The notes: a model not told the origin generated them from the letters alone. A stretch of 64,000 nt of DNA from Candidatus Alkanophaga volatiphilum (GCA_029259545.1 JAPHEE010000001.1:40474-104473); one strand, 5' to 3'. Shown: positions 46,965-57,392, counted from the first letter of the stretch. Program-made: numbers and translations.

Positions 46965-47745
46965 GGTAATCGCCTATCGCTGCGTGCTTCTCGCCGTCGG
47001 TCGTGAACACTCGGACGTTGGCGCCGTAGACACGGCGCAGCGTCTCCTCGTTGAAAACGTCGTCGGCGCCGCCGCATGCGACAACCCGCCCCTTCAGAAA
47101 GAGGAAGAGGTCAGCAACCCTGAACAGCGGGTTTATATCGTGGGTCACCAGAATTATCGTCGTGCCGTTTTCCTTCAGCGAGCATAACGCTTCGAGGATT
47201 ATCCGCTGCGAGAGCGGATCGACGCCTGAGAAGGGCTCGTCGAGCAGCAGGATTTCAGGATCGCCGACGAGCGCCCGTGCGATCAGGACTCGTTGCTGCT
47301 GCCCGCCTGAAAGCTGCGAGAACGGTTTTCCTTTCAACTCGTCGATGCGCAGGAGTTCGAGGACGTTCCCGAAGTCCGCTTTGCGCAGCGTCCTCGGAGG
47401 ACGGAGCTGTGGCAGATAACCCATTAAGACGATATCTTCCATGAGCACGGGGATGTCGCGCTCCGCCCTGTCCAGTTGCGGGACGTAGCCCATGCGGCGT
47501 CGCAACCTTGCGGCATTTCTCCGGTCCAGTTTCTCGCCAAGGACGTAAATCTCGCCGCTTCTTGGCCTCAAGAGCCCAAGTATCGTCCGCAAGAGCGTCG
47601 TTTTCCCGGCGCCGTTGGGACCGGCGACGCAGAGAAAACCTCCCTTATGCAGCGAAAACGAAACATCTTCCAATGCGACGACCCCTCCATATGCGACTGT
47701 GACTCCTTCAAGCCTTAATGCCTCCTCAGACCCGGTCGCAGGCAT
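46957..47745 (-). CDS. znuC: Zn/Mn ABC transporter ATPase
   Basis: GPNGAGKTT Walker A, LSGGQQQRV signature and LLLDEP Walker B. Confidence 0.85.
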   Translation of the reverse strand: MPATGSEEALRLEGVTVAYGGVVALEDVSFSLHKGGFLCVAGPNGAGKTTLLRTILGLLRPRSGEIYVLGEKLDRRNAARLRRRMGYVPQLDRAERDIPVLMEDIVLMGYLPQLRPPRTLRKADFGNVLELLRIDELKGKPFSQLSGGQQQRVLIARALVGDPEILLLDEPFSGVDPLSQRIILEALCSLKENGTTIILVTHDINPLFRVADLFLFLKGRVVACGGADDVFNEETLRRVYGANVRVFTTDGEKHAAIGDYHA

Positions 47746-48736
47746 GTCTCCGCCTCCTTTTAACTACTGGCGTCAGGAGCGCGAAAAGTGAGGCGATGGC
47801 ATCGAAGGCTGGCGTTGCGGTCTGCTCTCCGCCGCCTCCGCCTCGGCTCTGGCTCCCGGCTTCGGGAGCGCCGCTCAGCACCGCAAGCACCGCTCCGAGA
47901 TTATAGCTCATCATCTCGAAGTAGCTTTCGTCATCGCTGAGCAAGAGCGGTGTCGCCCAGACGATCGGGATGCCTGTGTCCCTTGCGACTTGCTCCGAGA
48001 GCCTGCCGACCGCGCCCTCCCTCGCCTGAAGCGGACAAATTACCGCTCGTACATTGTTTTCCTCGATCTCATGCTCGATAGCCGCAAGCTCGCCTGCGCT
48101 GGGCAGCGCCCCTTCTGCATGCACGAGAACGTCCGTAACTTCGAAGCCTAGCATCTCCACAAAATAACGCATGCAACTCGGTCCGAGGACGACCCTAGAG
48201 CCTTCGATCTCTAAGCTCTCGACGAGGCTTGCCGCTTTCTTCTTGAAGTCCTCAGCCTTTTCCTCAAAGTTTTGCAAGTTCTTTCGGTAATATTCTGCGT
48301 TTTCAGGGTCCTTACGCTCAAATGCCTTCTCAATAGCTCTTGCAACTTTTACGGCATTCTCGACATCGAGCCAGATATGCGGGTCTTTGTCCTCGGAAAT
48401 GTAAATGCCTTCAGCCACGTAACTATCCCATGAGACTATTTCTTTGTCGGATAGGTTCAAGCCGCCGAGTAGCTGGCTGCGGAAGGGCTCGAGCTTGCCA
48501 ATTTCTACATAGACGTCCGCCTGCTCCACGAGAAGTTTGTCCGCTGCCGTCGGCGCGTAGGAATGCACGTCAGCAAGCGGCGGGACGACGCTCGCAACCT
48601 CGACGTGCTCGCCGCCAATTTCCGCTGCGATGCTCGCAAGCACATTCACGGTTGTCACAACACGTAGGTCGGCGGCGGCGACACCGGCGGTGACCGCAAG
48701 AAACAACACGACAGCTGCACAAAATGCCCCCTTCAT
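47726..48736 (-). CDS. znuA: metal (Zn/Mn) ABC substrate-binding protein, TroA/ZnuA family, with C-terminal anchor-like tail
   Basis: Signal/anchor MKGAFCAAVVLFLAVTAG, then a cluster-9 SBP fold. The tail reads GGGGGEQTATPAFDAIASLFALLTPVVKRRRR. Confidence 0.75.
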   Translation of the reverse strand: MKGAFCAAVVLFLAVTAGVAAADLRVVTTVNVLASIAAEIGGEHVEVASVVPPLADVHSYAPTAADKLLVEQADVYVEIGKLEPFRSQLLGGLNLSDKEIVSWDSYVAEGIYISEDKDPHIWLDVENAVKVARAIEKAFERKDPENAEYYRKNLQNFEEKAEDFKKKAASLVESLEIEGSRVVLGPSCMRYFVEMLGFEVTDVLVHAEGALPSAGELAAIEHEIEENNVRAVICPLQAREGAVGRLSEQVARDTGIPIVWATPLLLSDDESYFEMMSYNLGAVLAVLSGAPEAGSQSRGGGGGEQTATPAFDAIASLFALLTPVVKRRRRHACDRV

Positions 48737-48912
48737 ATCCCCATTATTAAATTTCGACGTGAGTTTTAATAACGACTTGTGTGCCGCATCCGACAAAATG
48801 GAAAGAGTTATTTATAAGGGGAAGGGAAGGATGAACAAAGCTCGTTGCAGACGGATTACGCTTAATCGCCGCCGTCTTAAAGCGGCTGTCCGAGTGTGAT
48901 TGGTGGTAAGGG

Positions 48913-50871
48913 ATGAAGATAGGCGTGTACATATGTCATTGTGGGATAAACATAGCAGGCACAGTGGATGTCGAGCGTGTTACGGAGTTTGCCTCTAAGC
49001 TCCCGAACGTCGTGGTCGCCCGCCACTATATGTATATGTGCTCGGACCCAGGGCAGGACCTGATAAAAAAGGATATTGAGGAATTGGGCTTGGACAGGGT
49101 GGTGGTGGCGGCGTGCTCGCCGCGGATGCACGAGCCGACGTTCCGCGGCGTCCTCCAGGAAAAAGGGCTCAACCCCTACTTCTTCGAAATGGCAAACATC
49201 AGGGAGCACTGCTCTTGGGTCCACGAGGACAAAGAAGAAGCCACAAAAAAAGCGATGGATCTGGTGAAGAGCGCAGTGGCGAGAGCAGCACTTTTGGAGC
49301 CGCTTGAGGAGAAGGAAGTTGATGTGAAGCCAGCGGCGCTCGTGATAGGTGGGGGCGTCGCCGGGATGTATGCAGCGCTCGACATAGCGGACGCCGGCTT
49401 TAAAGTGTACCTTGTGGAGAAGTCGCCGACGATCGGTGGCAAGATGGCTATGCTGGACAAGACGTTCCCGACGCTGGACTGCTCAGCCTGCATTTTGACG
49501 CCGCGGATGGTGGATGTCGCCCGCCATCCGAACATCGAGCTTCTGACGTACTCGGAGGTCGTGTCCGTGGAGGGCGCCGTCGGCAACTTCAAAGTGCGGG
49601 TCCGGAAGAAGCCGAGATACGTCGACGAAGCCAAGTGCACCGGCTGCGGCGCCTGTGCGGAGGCGTGTCGAGTACGCAAGATCCCGAACGAGTACGACGC
49701 GGGCATGGGGTACCGTTCTGCGATCTACCGCCCGTTCCCGTATGCGGTGCCGGCGACGTTCACGATAGACCCTGAGCGGTGTTTGATGCTGACGCGGGGC
49801 AAGTGCGGGAAGGCGCCGGCGTGCGTCGAAGCTTGCGGCCCCGGCGCTATAGACTTCGAGCAGAAGGAAGAGGAGGTGGAGCTGGAGGTCGGCGCCATAA
49901 TAGTGGCGACCGGCTTTGATCTTTTCGACCCGCGGCTCAAGCCGGAGTACGGGTACGGGAAGTACCCGAACGTGATCACCGGTTTGGAGTTCGAGCGTTT
50001 GTCGTCGGCGAGCGGTCCGACGCTCGGCGAGATAAAAATCAACGGTAAGGTGCCGAAGCGGATCGTGTTCATCCAGTGCGTCGGCTCCCGCGACAAGCAG
50101 GTGGGGAACGAGTACTGCTCGCGGGTCTGCTGCATGTACACCGCGAAGCACGCCCACCTCATCAAGGAGAAAATCCCCGACGCCGAGATCACCATCTGCT
50201 ACATGGACGTCCGCGCGTTCGGGAAGGGCTATGAGGAGTTCTACGAGCGGGTGCAGCGTGAGGGCGTCATTTACAGGCGTGGGAACGCCGCCGAGGTTTA
50301 CAAGAAGAGTCCAGAGGAGGACACGCTCATCGTTAGGCTTGAAGATACGCTTCTCGGCGAACCTGTAGAGATCGAGGCGGATTTGGTGGTACTTGCGACG
50401 GCTATCGTGCCAAGTAAGGACGCTGATGAGATTGCGAAGATGCTTAAGCTATCAAAGTCGCCGGATGGCTTCTTCCTCGAGGCGCACATGAAGCTACGCC
50501 CTGTGGATACTGCGGTCGACGGCGTGTTCCTCGCAGGCTGCTGTCAAGGTCCGAAGGACATCCCAGACACCGTCGCACAAGCTAAGGCTGCAGCATCAGC
50601 CGCCCTCTCACTGCTTGCCACTGGTAAAGTCAAGACGGAAGCGATAACCTCGACGATAAACGAGGAGCTGTGTTCGGGCTGTCGCACCTGCGAGGCGGTC
50701 TGCGCGTACGGAGCGCTGAAGTTCGACGAGGAGAAAGGAGTGATGACGGTGAACGACGTCCTCTGCAAGGGCTGTGGCGCATGCGGCGCAACGTGCCCGA
50801 GCGGTGCGATCTCCATGAAGCACTTCAAAGACGAACAGATATTTGCTCAGATAGAAGCCCTAACCTCTTAA
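48913..50871 (+). CDS. hdrA: heterodisulfide reductase subunit A
   Basis: 652 aa. N-terminus MKIGVYICHCGINIAG, an FAD-binding GGGVAG motif, and several 4Fe-4S motifs including the C-terminal CSGCRTCEAVC/CKGCGACGATCP. Confidence 0.9.
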   Translation: MKIGVYICHCGINIAGTVDVERVTEFASKLPNVVVARHYMYMCSDPGQDLIKKDIEELGLDRVVVAACSPRMHEPTFRGVLQEKGLNPYFFEMANIREHCSWVHEDKEEATKKAMDLVKSAVARAALLEPLEEKEVDVKPAALVIGGGVAGMYAALDIADAGFKVYLVEKSPTIGGKMAMLDKTFPTLDCSACILTPRMVDVARHPNIELLTYSEVVSVEGAVGNFKVRVRKKPRYVDEAKCTGCGACAEACRVRKIPNEYDAGMGYRSAIYRPFPYAVPATFTIDPERCLMLTRGKCGKAPACVEACGPGAIDFEQKEEEVELEVGAIIVATGFDLFDPRLKPEYGYGKYPNVITGLEFERLSSASGPTLGEIKINGKVPKRIVFIQCVGSRDKQVGNEYCSRVCCMYTAKHAHLIKEKIPDAEITICYMDVRAFGKGYEEFYERVQREGVIYRRGNAAEVYKKSPEEDTLIVRLEDTLLGEPVEIEADLVVLATAIVPSKDADEIAKMLKLSKSPDGFFLEAHMKLRPVDTAVDGVFLAGCCQGPKDIPDTVAQAKAAASAALSLLATGKVKTEAITSTINEELCSGCRTCEAVCAYGALKFDEEKGVMTVNDVLCKGCGACGATCPSGAISMKHFKDEQIFAQIEALTS

Positions 50872-50872
50872 C

Positions 50873-52660
50873 TTATTTCTCAGCTGCTTTCGTCTCGAAC
50901 TTTTTCCCTGTAACTATTCCTGTGACCTCTTCGACAGAGCGCCAGCCACATATCCGGATTGCATCGAGTACATTTTGCCTGCCGAAGAATTTTACAGCCT
51001 CCCTGTAGGGCTTCTCGATGTCGAAGCCGTGCTCTCGCGCCTTCGCGACATCCTTTCTTATCAAAGCTTCTTCTACATCTTCTAACTCACGCTTTGGGAT
51101 GAAGTCGTCCGACCGCAATATGAGCTGGGCGGTTTCGAGCGCCCCTTTGATAACCTGCCGCTTCACTTTTAACGGCTCTAGAACACCACGTTCCAGCATG
51201 TTGGCTATGTCTCCGTTGAGGACGTCGAACCCGTGGTAGCGTTTACCGTTGGCATGTGCTCGCCGTAGCTCTAAGAGTATGGAGATGTGGTCGAAGCCGC
51301 TATTTTTAGCTAAAATCTCTGGTATCGCTTCCAAGCTTTTTACGAATGCGAGCATTGAGAGTTGGAGCTTTGTGCTCTCGGAAAGCGCCAGTTTCCTTAG
51401 CTGCTGCGCCACTTCAACCTCGACGGCGCCGCCGCCGGGGAGCACAGCCTCATTATACGCATTCACCACTGCTCTTACGGCATCATGTATCGTTCTATAA
51501 GTCTCATCAACAACCTGTTTCGTCCCACCTCGCACTAAGATCGTCACAACGCCTGTGTTGCGGGCGTCCGTAGCGCTTGCATCGTTGTAACCGATGAAAA
51601 TGAAGTTAAAGTCGCCGATTTTCCGCTCCTCCGCAATTTCTGCGCACCCTAAGTCGCTTTCGGTCGCCGTGGCTGCGTTCAGAATTATTTTACCATGAGT
51701 CAACTTCGAAACTTTCTCCAAAGTCTTCAGTTTTATGTTACGCAGCGCCATTATGCCATTTTCGGCGAAGTAATGCATCGCAGCGCTGCTTATCTCCTTG
51801 CGGCAGAGGACGACGTTTACTCCTAAGTCGCGTAAATGTTTTACGATGTCCTTCAATGCCGAGAACGAATAACGGGAGCGCTCAAGCTTCTCAAGCTCCT
51901 CAGGACTGCTAAGCTCTACCTCAATAGCAAGCTCGCCGAGCGTCCCGACGGGCGGTCCGATGTTCGTGCCGATGAGTGCGATTTTTGGATTTTCAACTTT
52001 TGAGGGCATATTAGGGAGCACGACCTTAGCCTCGACGAGCACGCCCCTGAGGAGTTGGGTATCTTTAATGCTCCCGCCTTGGACCCTTTCAAGGACGATA
52101 TTCTCGGCGTTCGCCTTGCCGTCTTCAAGTGTCGAGAGGACAGCTTCGACGATAAGCTCCGCAAAGAATTCCTTGTAGGGGGCGAGCATTTTATTGTTCA
52201 GCGCAGACCTCGCAACGCTCCGCAGCGAGCGTTCGTCCCGCATGACGACCGCAAGCCCCTCCATGATCCTTATACTCTCCTTTGCAGCCTTTTTATAGCC
52301 CTCGATGATCGTTGTGGGGTGTACTCCTAGATCTAACAGCTCAACGGCGTTCTTCAGAAGCTCGCCTGTAAGGACGACCGCCGTCGTGGTCCCGTCGCCG
52401 GCTTCCTCGTCCTGCGTCTTCGCCAACTCTAAAAGGAGCCCTTCAACGGGGTGATCGACGTGGGTGTTCTCAAAGATCGTCCGTCCGTCTCTTGTTACGA
52501 TGATGAAATTGTCCTCATCCACAATGATTTTATGGAAGCCTTGCGGCCCGAGTGAGGATGTCACGAGCGAGGCGTAACGGTATGCGACCTCTATGTTACT
52601 TAGCAGGATGATACGATGTATCTCCTTCTCGGACTTGCCGAGTAGCGGGTTCTCTGCCAT
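50873..52660 (-). CDS. group II chaperonin (thermosome)-family protein, divergent, with ~70 aa C-terminal extension
   Basis: GDGTTT, VRGGT and PGGGAVEVE are conserved, but [10 protein letters not shown] replaces the usual GPKGMDKML. ATG 52660 is chosen because 52661-52747 carries the SRP RNA promoter. Confidence 0.7.
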   Translation of the reverse strand: MAENPLLGKSEKEIHRIILLSNIEVAYRYASLVTSSLGPQGFHKIIVDEDNFIIVTRDGRTIFENTHVDHPVEGLLLELAKTQDEEAGDGTTTAVVLTGELLKNAVELLDLGVHPTTIIEGYKKAAKESIRIMEGLAVVMRDERSLRSVARSALNNKMLAPYKEFFAELIVEAVLSTLEDGKANAENIVLERVQGGSIKDTQLLRGVLVEAKVVLPNMPSKVENPKIALIGTNIGPPVGTLGELAIEVELSSPEELEKLERSRYSFSALKDIVKHLRDLGVNVVLCRKEISSAAMHYFAENGIMALRNIKLKTLEKVSKLTHGKIILNAATATESDLGCAEIAEERKIGDFNFIFIGYNDASATDARNTGVVTILVRGGTKQVVDETYRTIHDAVRAVVNAYNEAVLPGGGAVEVEVAQQLRKLALSESTKLQLSMLAFVKSLEAIPEILAKNSGFDHISILLELRRAHANGKRYHGFDVLNGDIANMLERGVLEPLKVKRQVIKGALETAQLILRSDDFIPKRELEDVEEALIRKDVAKAREHGFDIEKPYREAVKFFGRQNVLDAIRICGWRSVEEVTGIVTGKKFETKAAEK

Positions 52661-52752
52661 TTTCCATACTTTAAATCTGCACGTATTTAACCCTGACGCT
52701 GCCCTTTGCATTCTAACGGCAGCTTTATTTGAAAAGATACCAAACAAAAATT

Positions 52753-53068
52753 GGGTGCGGGCTAGCCCGGGGGGCTCGGCGTCCCCTGTGACCCGAAACC
52801 GTCGATATGCGGGGGGCGAAGCTCGAGGGCGGCTTCCGCTTGCCGTCGCGTCACGCAGGGCTTAACGGTGAGGCATCGTCCTGCGGGGCCGCCGTTGGCG
52901 TGGCGGCTGGCTGGAGGGCCGGTCGTGCGCCTTTGCCGCGGGCACCGGTTTAGGCCCGGAAGGGAGCAGACCCACCGTGGGCGGTCGGCGCTCGTGGGGT
53001 AGCGGTGCTGAGCGACGCCCTGTGGCGGCGTTGCGGCAATGAAGCCCACCGAGAGCGTGCCCGCACCC
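52753..53068 (+). ncRNA. signal recognition particle RNA (archaeal 7S RNA)
   Basis: 316 nt. 5' GGGTGCGGGC pairs with 3' GCCCGCACCC. The conserved helix-8 motif AGGCCCGGAAGGGAGCAG is present. A TTTATTT box lies ~25 nt upstream and a T-tract lies downstream. Confidence 0.85.
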
Positions 53069-53095
53069 AGTTTTTCTAAACGAGGCTGAAGGGAA

Positions 53096-54256
53096 GTGCC
53101 GGGAGAAGGCGAGCTTGTGGGCACCGTCGTAACGTTCGAAGGCGAACTGCCGAAGGGTTACGGCAGGAAAAAGGGTAATATCACTGAGCTTACATTAGAG
53201 GAGGCGGCGTACCTGTTCGAAAAAGGCAAAATTACCGTGAGAGAAGGGGACAGGATCTTAAGTTTGGAAGAATTTTTTAAAGTGGCGTTAGAGCGTTCTC
53301 CAGGCTTCGAGCTGCGGTATCTTGTTTACAAAGACTTAAAGGAACGCGGGTATTATGTAAAACCGAGTGCTTTGAACTTCAGGCTTTACCAGCGGGGAAG
53401 TAAGCCCGGAGAAAAGCCTCCCAAGTATTCGGTGCTCGTAGTTTCTGAAAGAACGCCTATTACGATGACGGAGCTTGTCAAGCATTTAGAAATAGCAAGG
53501 AATATGCGAAAATCGCTTATCATTGCCATAGTGGACGAGGAGAGCGAGGTAACCTTCTACGAAGCTAAGAGGTTGGAACTGGGTAACGTCGGCAGCGAGG
53601 GCGTTTATACGGAACGTTATAGCAGTGCTGGGGATGACGGCAGCGTGCCGAAAAGCGTGGTGGGGGTGGAAAAAAGCACTAACGTCCCAGCATCAACGCT
53701 GCCGGCGAGAGCAAGCCTTCTCGAAGACAGGGTGGTCGTTTGGGATGAAGACACGGCGAGGAAGCTTTACGAATCTGAGTGGTTCGGGAAGCTTTCCGGC
53801 GGTCGCTTGCAGCTATCGCTGGTAGAGGCGGCATACCTGCTGAGGAGAGGCGAGATAACCGTGGAGGATGCAAGTGGTAAGCATCTTAGCTTTGAAGAGT
53901 TTGTGAGGACGGCAAACAGCATAGAAAAGGATTTCGGGAGCAAGTATGCGGCTTATGAGGATTTGCGGGAGCGGGGGTTCATCGTGAAGACGGGCTTCAA
54001 GTTCGGCTCGCACTTCAGAGTTTACGAGCGTAGAGAGCAACCGCATTCGAGGTATCTCGTGCACGTCGTCCCCCGGGAGCATGTGTTCACGATGCCGGAG
54101 CTTTCGAGGGCGGTCCGCCTCGCTCAAAGCGTCCGCAAGCAGATGGTATTCGCCTACGAGGACGCCAACGACGCCGCCGGGGCTGGGGGCGGCGAAAAGG
54201 CGGGGGCGGGCAGCAGACGCATTAAATACGTGGGCGTGGGCAGGGTGAAGCTCTGA
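53096..54256 (+). CDS. endA: tRNA-splicing endonuclease, tandem-duplicated (alpha2-type)
   Basis: The C-terminal catalytic unit reads GFKFGSHFRVYE...HSRYLVHVV...SVRKQMVFAY. It is preceded by a degenerate repeat unit. GTG start. Confidence 0.8.
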   Translation: MPGEGELVGTVVTFEGELPKGYGRKKGNITELTLEEAAYLFEKGKITVREGDRILSLEEFFKVALERSPGFELRYLVYKDLKERGYYVKPSALNFRLYQRGSKPGEKPPKYSVLVVSERTPITMTELVKHLEIARNMRKSLIIAIVDEESEVTFYEAKRLELGNVGSEGVYTERYSSAGDDGSVPKSVVGVEKSTNVPASTLPARASLLEDRVVVWDEDTARKLYESEWFGKLSGGRLQLSLVEAAYLLRRGEITVEDASGKHLSFEEFVRTANSIEKDFGSKYAAYEDLRERGFIVKTGFKFGSHFRVYERREQPHSRYLVHVVPREHVFTMPELSRAVRLAQSVRKQMVFAYEDANDAAGAGGGEKAGAGSRRIKYVGVGRVKL

Positions 54257-54498
54257 CCACCACTTTTAACTTGATGCATGCGTGCCGCTCGGATTCCAAC
54301 GGGACGCTCACATTTTCTACTTGAATCCGCCCGTGCCGTTCGGGGCTCAACTCCCCACACCGAGACAGACCCGAAGTCCCCTAGACTGATGCGTATGAGC
54401 CTTGCGACGCACGAAAGCGTCCAAACGCTCCGCTCGCCACCAACCAGCATCATCATTTAGGCATGGTTAATATATTTAGGCGGAATGAAATTTGAGGG

Positions 54499-54879
54499 AT
54501 GGGGCGGCGGTGGGTGTTGAGCAAGCGGGCTGAGGATTATCTCAGAGCCATCTTGGAGGTGGCGAGGGGCAAGGGCTACGCCAGGGTCAAGGACGTTGCC
54601 GACGTTCTCAACGTGAAGCCGCCGAGCGTCGTCGAGATGCTCCGGAAGCTCGACGCCTTGGGGCTCGTCGAATACCGGAGGCGTGACGGCGTCGTTCTCA
54701 CCGAGGAGGGGGCGAAAATCGCCGAGGTCGTCAAGGACCGGCACGACGCCGTCGTGGCGCTCCTGCGGATGATCGGCGTGGCTGAAAACGTCATCGAAGA
54801 AGAGGCGCACGTCATGGAACATGAGCTGCGCCCTGAAACCATCCTCCTGATAAAACGCTTCGTGACCCGCAAGCAGTAG
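54499..54879 (+). CDS. DtxR/MntR-family metal-dependent repressor (short form)
   Basis: AEDYLRAILEV...VKDVADVLNVKPPSVVEMLRKL wHTH plus a dimerisation helix region. Confidence 0.75.
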   Translation: MGRRWVLSKRAEDYLRAILEVARGKGYARVKDVADVLNVKPPSVVEMLRKLDALGLVEYRRRDGVVLTEEGAKIAEVVKDRHDAVVALLRMIGVAENVIEEEAHVMEHELRPETILLIKRFVTRKQ

Positions 54880-54977
54880 TTCAAGGCGCCTCTACCGATC
54901 GCAAGCCTCTCGTAGAAGAGGCGTTTGTGATGGCTGAGGGGGAGAAAAAGGGAGAGAAGGAAATGAAGAGAAAGTGA

Positions 54978-55233
54978 TCGAACGACGGACTCGTTGGGAG
55001 ATTTGCTGCGGGCGTTGTGGTGACGGTTGGGAAGGAGAACATCGTAGTCATTGATTTCCTGAAGCCGGTGTTATCGCTCGTGGGGGAAGGACGGGCGGAT
55101 AGTTGGATACTAGGGGGAGCTGAAACCTGACGTGCGCATTTTTCTCCCCTATTCGGTAGCCAAAAAGCTAAGGGACGCGCTCAGCGAGCAGATAAAGAGG
55201 GTTGAGGGGGAGGCGAGGGGGGTAGAGGGATGA
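54978..55233 (+). pseudogene. possible DUF3467-like gene with frameshift
   Basis: One frame gives GRFAAGVVVTVGKENIVVIDFLKP. Another gives ELKPDVRIFLPYSVAKKLRDALSEQIKRVEGE. The family is recalled from memory only. Confidence 0.3.
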
Positions 55234-55492
55234 ACGCAGCGGTGCAGGTCGGCAGCACGGACAGTAGTTCCGAAAGTGCGCCCTTGTGGTGGAAATTTGT
55301 TTTAGGTGATGAACCGTTTAAAAACCAGCTCGCCATCATTACGGTCGATGTCATCGCCGGAGGGGCGTCCTATCCTTGTTCTCACCTCTGCCATTAACGG
55401 CGGCGTCGCAACGGGCTTGGGACGCACAGAGTCAGGGCTTAAATATGTCGATCAGAAACCTTAGAAAGAAGTTCCTAATGGAGGGGTGAAGT

Positions 55493-56065
55493 ATGACTAA
55501 GAGTGCTAGTCGAGATTGCAGGATAGAACGAGAAATCAATGAACTCGTTGTAAAGGGGTTATCTGCAGAAGCAATCGGAAGACAAATAAAAAACAAATAC
55601 GGTAAATCTATAAAAGAGCTAACAGGGAAGAATCTTAAGTCTATTTTGGGTTTCGGTAAGCGTGGTTTTCAGGCGATTTCAGGTGCAAAGTTAGTACTCA
55701 AGTTAAAACAGGATGGTTTACTTAATGATTGGATATCGATGGACAAACTTATTCGCACTACAAACTGGATCAGGATTCTGACATTTGTAGATGTTGTCTG
55801 GAGATACCATCATAACGTCAAAGTGAGATCTGAGACCCAAAAAATCTATAGTTTCATTAGAAAAATTGTCGGAGGAGAGGTTTACGTAAGAATCAGGAGT
55901 CCTCATGAGAGTAGGGAGAGTGTACTGGCAGAAAGGGTGTGGCTATTAAGCACAACAGCGGACAGAAAATTACGAAGGAAAAGACTCAACAAATGGAAGG
56001 ATATAGAATTTAGGTTTGAATTTCAAAAGTGTGAAGCTGAGACGCCTCAGCTCAAGAGGGTATAA
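55493..56065 (+). CDS. hypothetical protein with N-terminal HTH-like segment, in the AT-rich islet
   Basis: 190 aa. INELVVKGLSAEAIGRQIKNKYG resembles a short HTH. No family recognised. The composition is visibly AT-rich. Confidence 0.5.
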   Translation: MTKSASRDCRIEREINELVVKGLSAEAIGRQIKNKYGKSIKELTGKNLKSILGFGKRGFQAISGAKLVLKLKQDGLLNDWISMDKLIRTTNWIRILTFVDVVWRYHHNVKVRSETQKIYSFIRKIVGGEVYVRIRSPHESRESVLAERVWLLSTTADRKLRRKRLNKWKDIEFRFEFQKCEAETPQLKRV

Positions 56066-56136
56066 AAAGGTTTCGTTGTACGAAAATTTCAAAAGTTTTA
56101 CGTGCACATGCTGTTACTGGTAAGTAACATAACAAG

Positions 56137-56466
56137 GTGGTTTTGGTGGTAGGAGGAAAAAACGAGAAAGAGGCGAGAACGAGACTCAATCTGGGAGAAT
56201 TGGACTGGAGAAAGGGTGAAAACTTTATAGAGGAGCATGCAGATATTGTTATGATCTCCGACATAAAAGAGCGGGATCTTGTCTTTTTAGATTTTGGGAA
56301 AATGGACTTTGAGGGCTTTGAATTTAAAGAAGGCGCTTATTCTGTTCGAAACCCGTATATCAAGCATGTGGCGAGGATAAGGCTAACTACAAGTCACTTT
56401 GAGCAAGTTGTATCTTTATTGCAGGATCGTTTAAAGAAAATAAAGGGGAGCAAAAGGGAGGGGTAA
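56137..56466 (+). CDS. hypothetical protein, in the AT-rich islet
   Basis: 109 aa with a GTG start. No family recognised. Confidence 0.4.
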   Translation: MVLVVGGKNEKEARTRLNLGELDWRKGENFIEEHADIVMISDIKERDLVFLDFGKMDFEGFEFKEGAYSVRNPYIKHVARIRLTTSHFEQVVSLLQDRLKKIKGSKREG

Positions 56467-56717
56467 TACTAATGGACTTGAGGATTGTAGGTGAAAAGAT
56501 GAGCATAGGGAAGCTCAAGATGAGCATATATGGAGATCGTCTTGCCCCTTTCTTACTGATATCTAGTCTGGGTAGAGGGGTCGGAGGTGGATTTCTAAGT
56601 ATTGGTGAGAGAACTGAATGTGAAGTATCCTCTGTTATGAAGCCTTCGGAGATGCTCGGAGATCTTAAAATTCTCGGCTGGAAGGTCGAGCTGCCGGTGA
56701 GGGCGCCGCCGCCCCAC

Positions 56718-57254
56718 ATGGACGAGCTGGAAAGGGAGTATCCTGAGATCGTGGAGCTTCGTGAGAAATTGCGGAAAGGGGAACTCGATAGCAGGGACGA
56801 GTGGAACCTGAGGGAGCTCTGCGAGGCTACGGGATGGGACGAGGACGACGTGAAAGACGAGCTCGTGAACATCGACAAGGACCCGGCTGAGAGGGAGGAG
56901 GTGTACGTCAACCTGTTCAACAAGTACTACGGCGAGGCGAGGAGGTTGAGAGAAAAGGGCGACGACGTGCAGGCGGCTGAGAAGCTCTGGGGCGCGATCA
57001 CCGCGCTGGTGAAGGCGTATAGCTGCAGGAAGGGAGTGTTCGTGGCGCATTGGGGGAGAGGGAAGCTCGACAGGTTCGTGGAAGAGAACGTGGAGAATGA
57101 GCTCAAAGAGAAGTTTTCCGACCTACTAACCTTCGGGGGCGAACTCCACGAGCACTTCTTCGAGAGGCACCTTCCGAGCGGGAAGTTCGACAGACGCTGG
57201 AACCAGTGCACGAACCTAATTGACGAGCTCAAGTTGCGGCTCATCCGCCGCTAG
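56718..57254 (+). CDS. PaREP1-like all-helical protein
   Basis: YYGEARRLREKGDDVQAAEKLWGAITALVKAY...ELHEHFFERHL resembles the PaREP1 family. The ORF is open upstream to 56472 through AT-rich sequence. Confidence 0.5.
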   Translation: MDELEREYPEIVELREKLRKGELDSRDEWNLRELCEATGWDEDDVKDELVNIDKDPAEREEVYVNLFNKYYGEARRLREKGDDVQAAEKLWGAITALVKAYSCRKGVFVAHWGRGKLDRFVEENVENELKEKFSDLLTFGGELHEHFFERHLPSGKFDRRWNQCTNLIDELKLRLIRR

Positions 57255-57392
57255 CCCGACACGATTTGAACGAAGCGGCGTCTAAGCTTCCGACTCGGGG
57301 TTTGACCGCTAAAGCTCCGAACTCGAACTCGTACGAGTCCGTAAGTGCGCGCACCGCCGCCCAAACATGAAAACTCGCGCATCCGAAAATTG

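Noticed and set aside
52762-53124. 120-aa minus-strand ORF
   Set aside because: It lies entirely within the SRP RNA gene, whose terminal helix and conserved helix-8 motif are clear.
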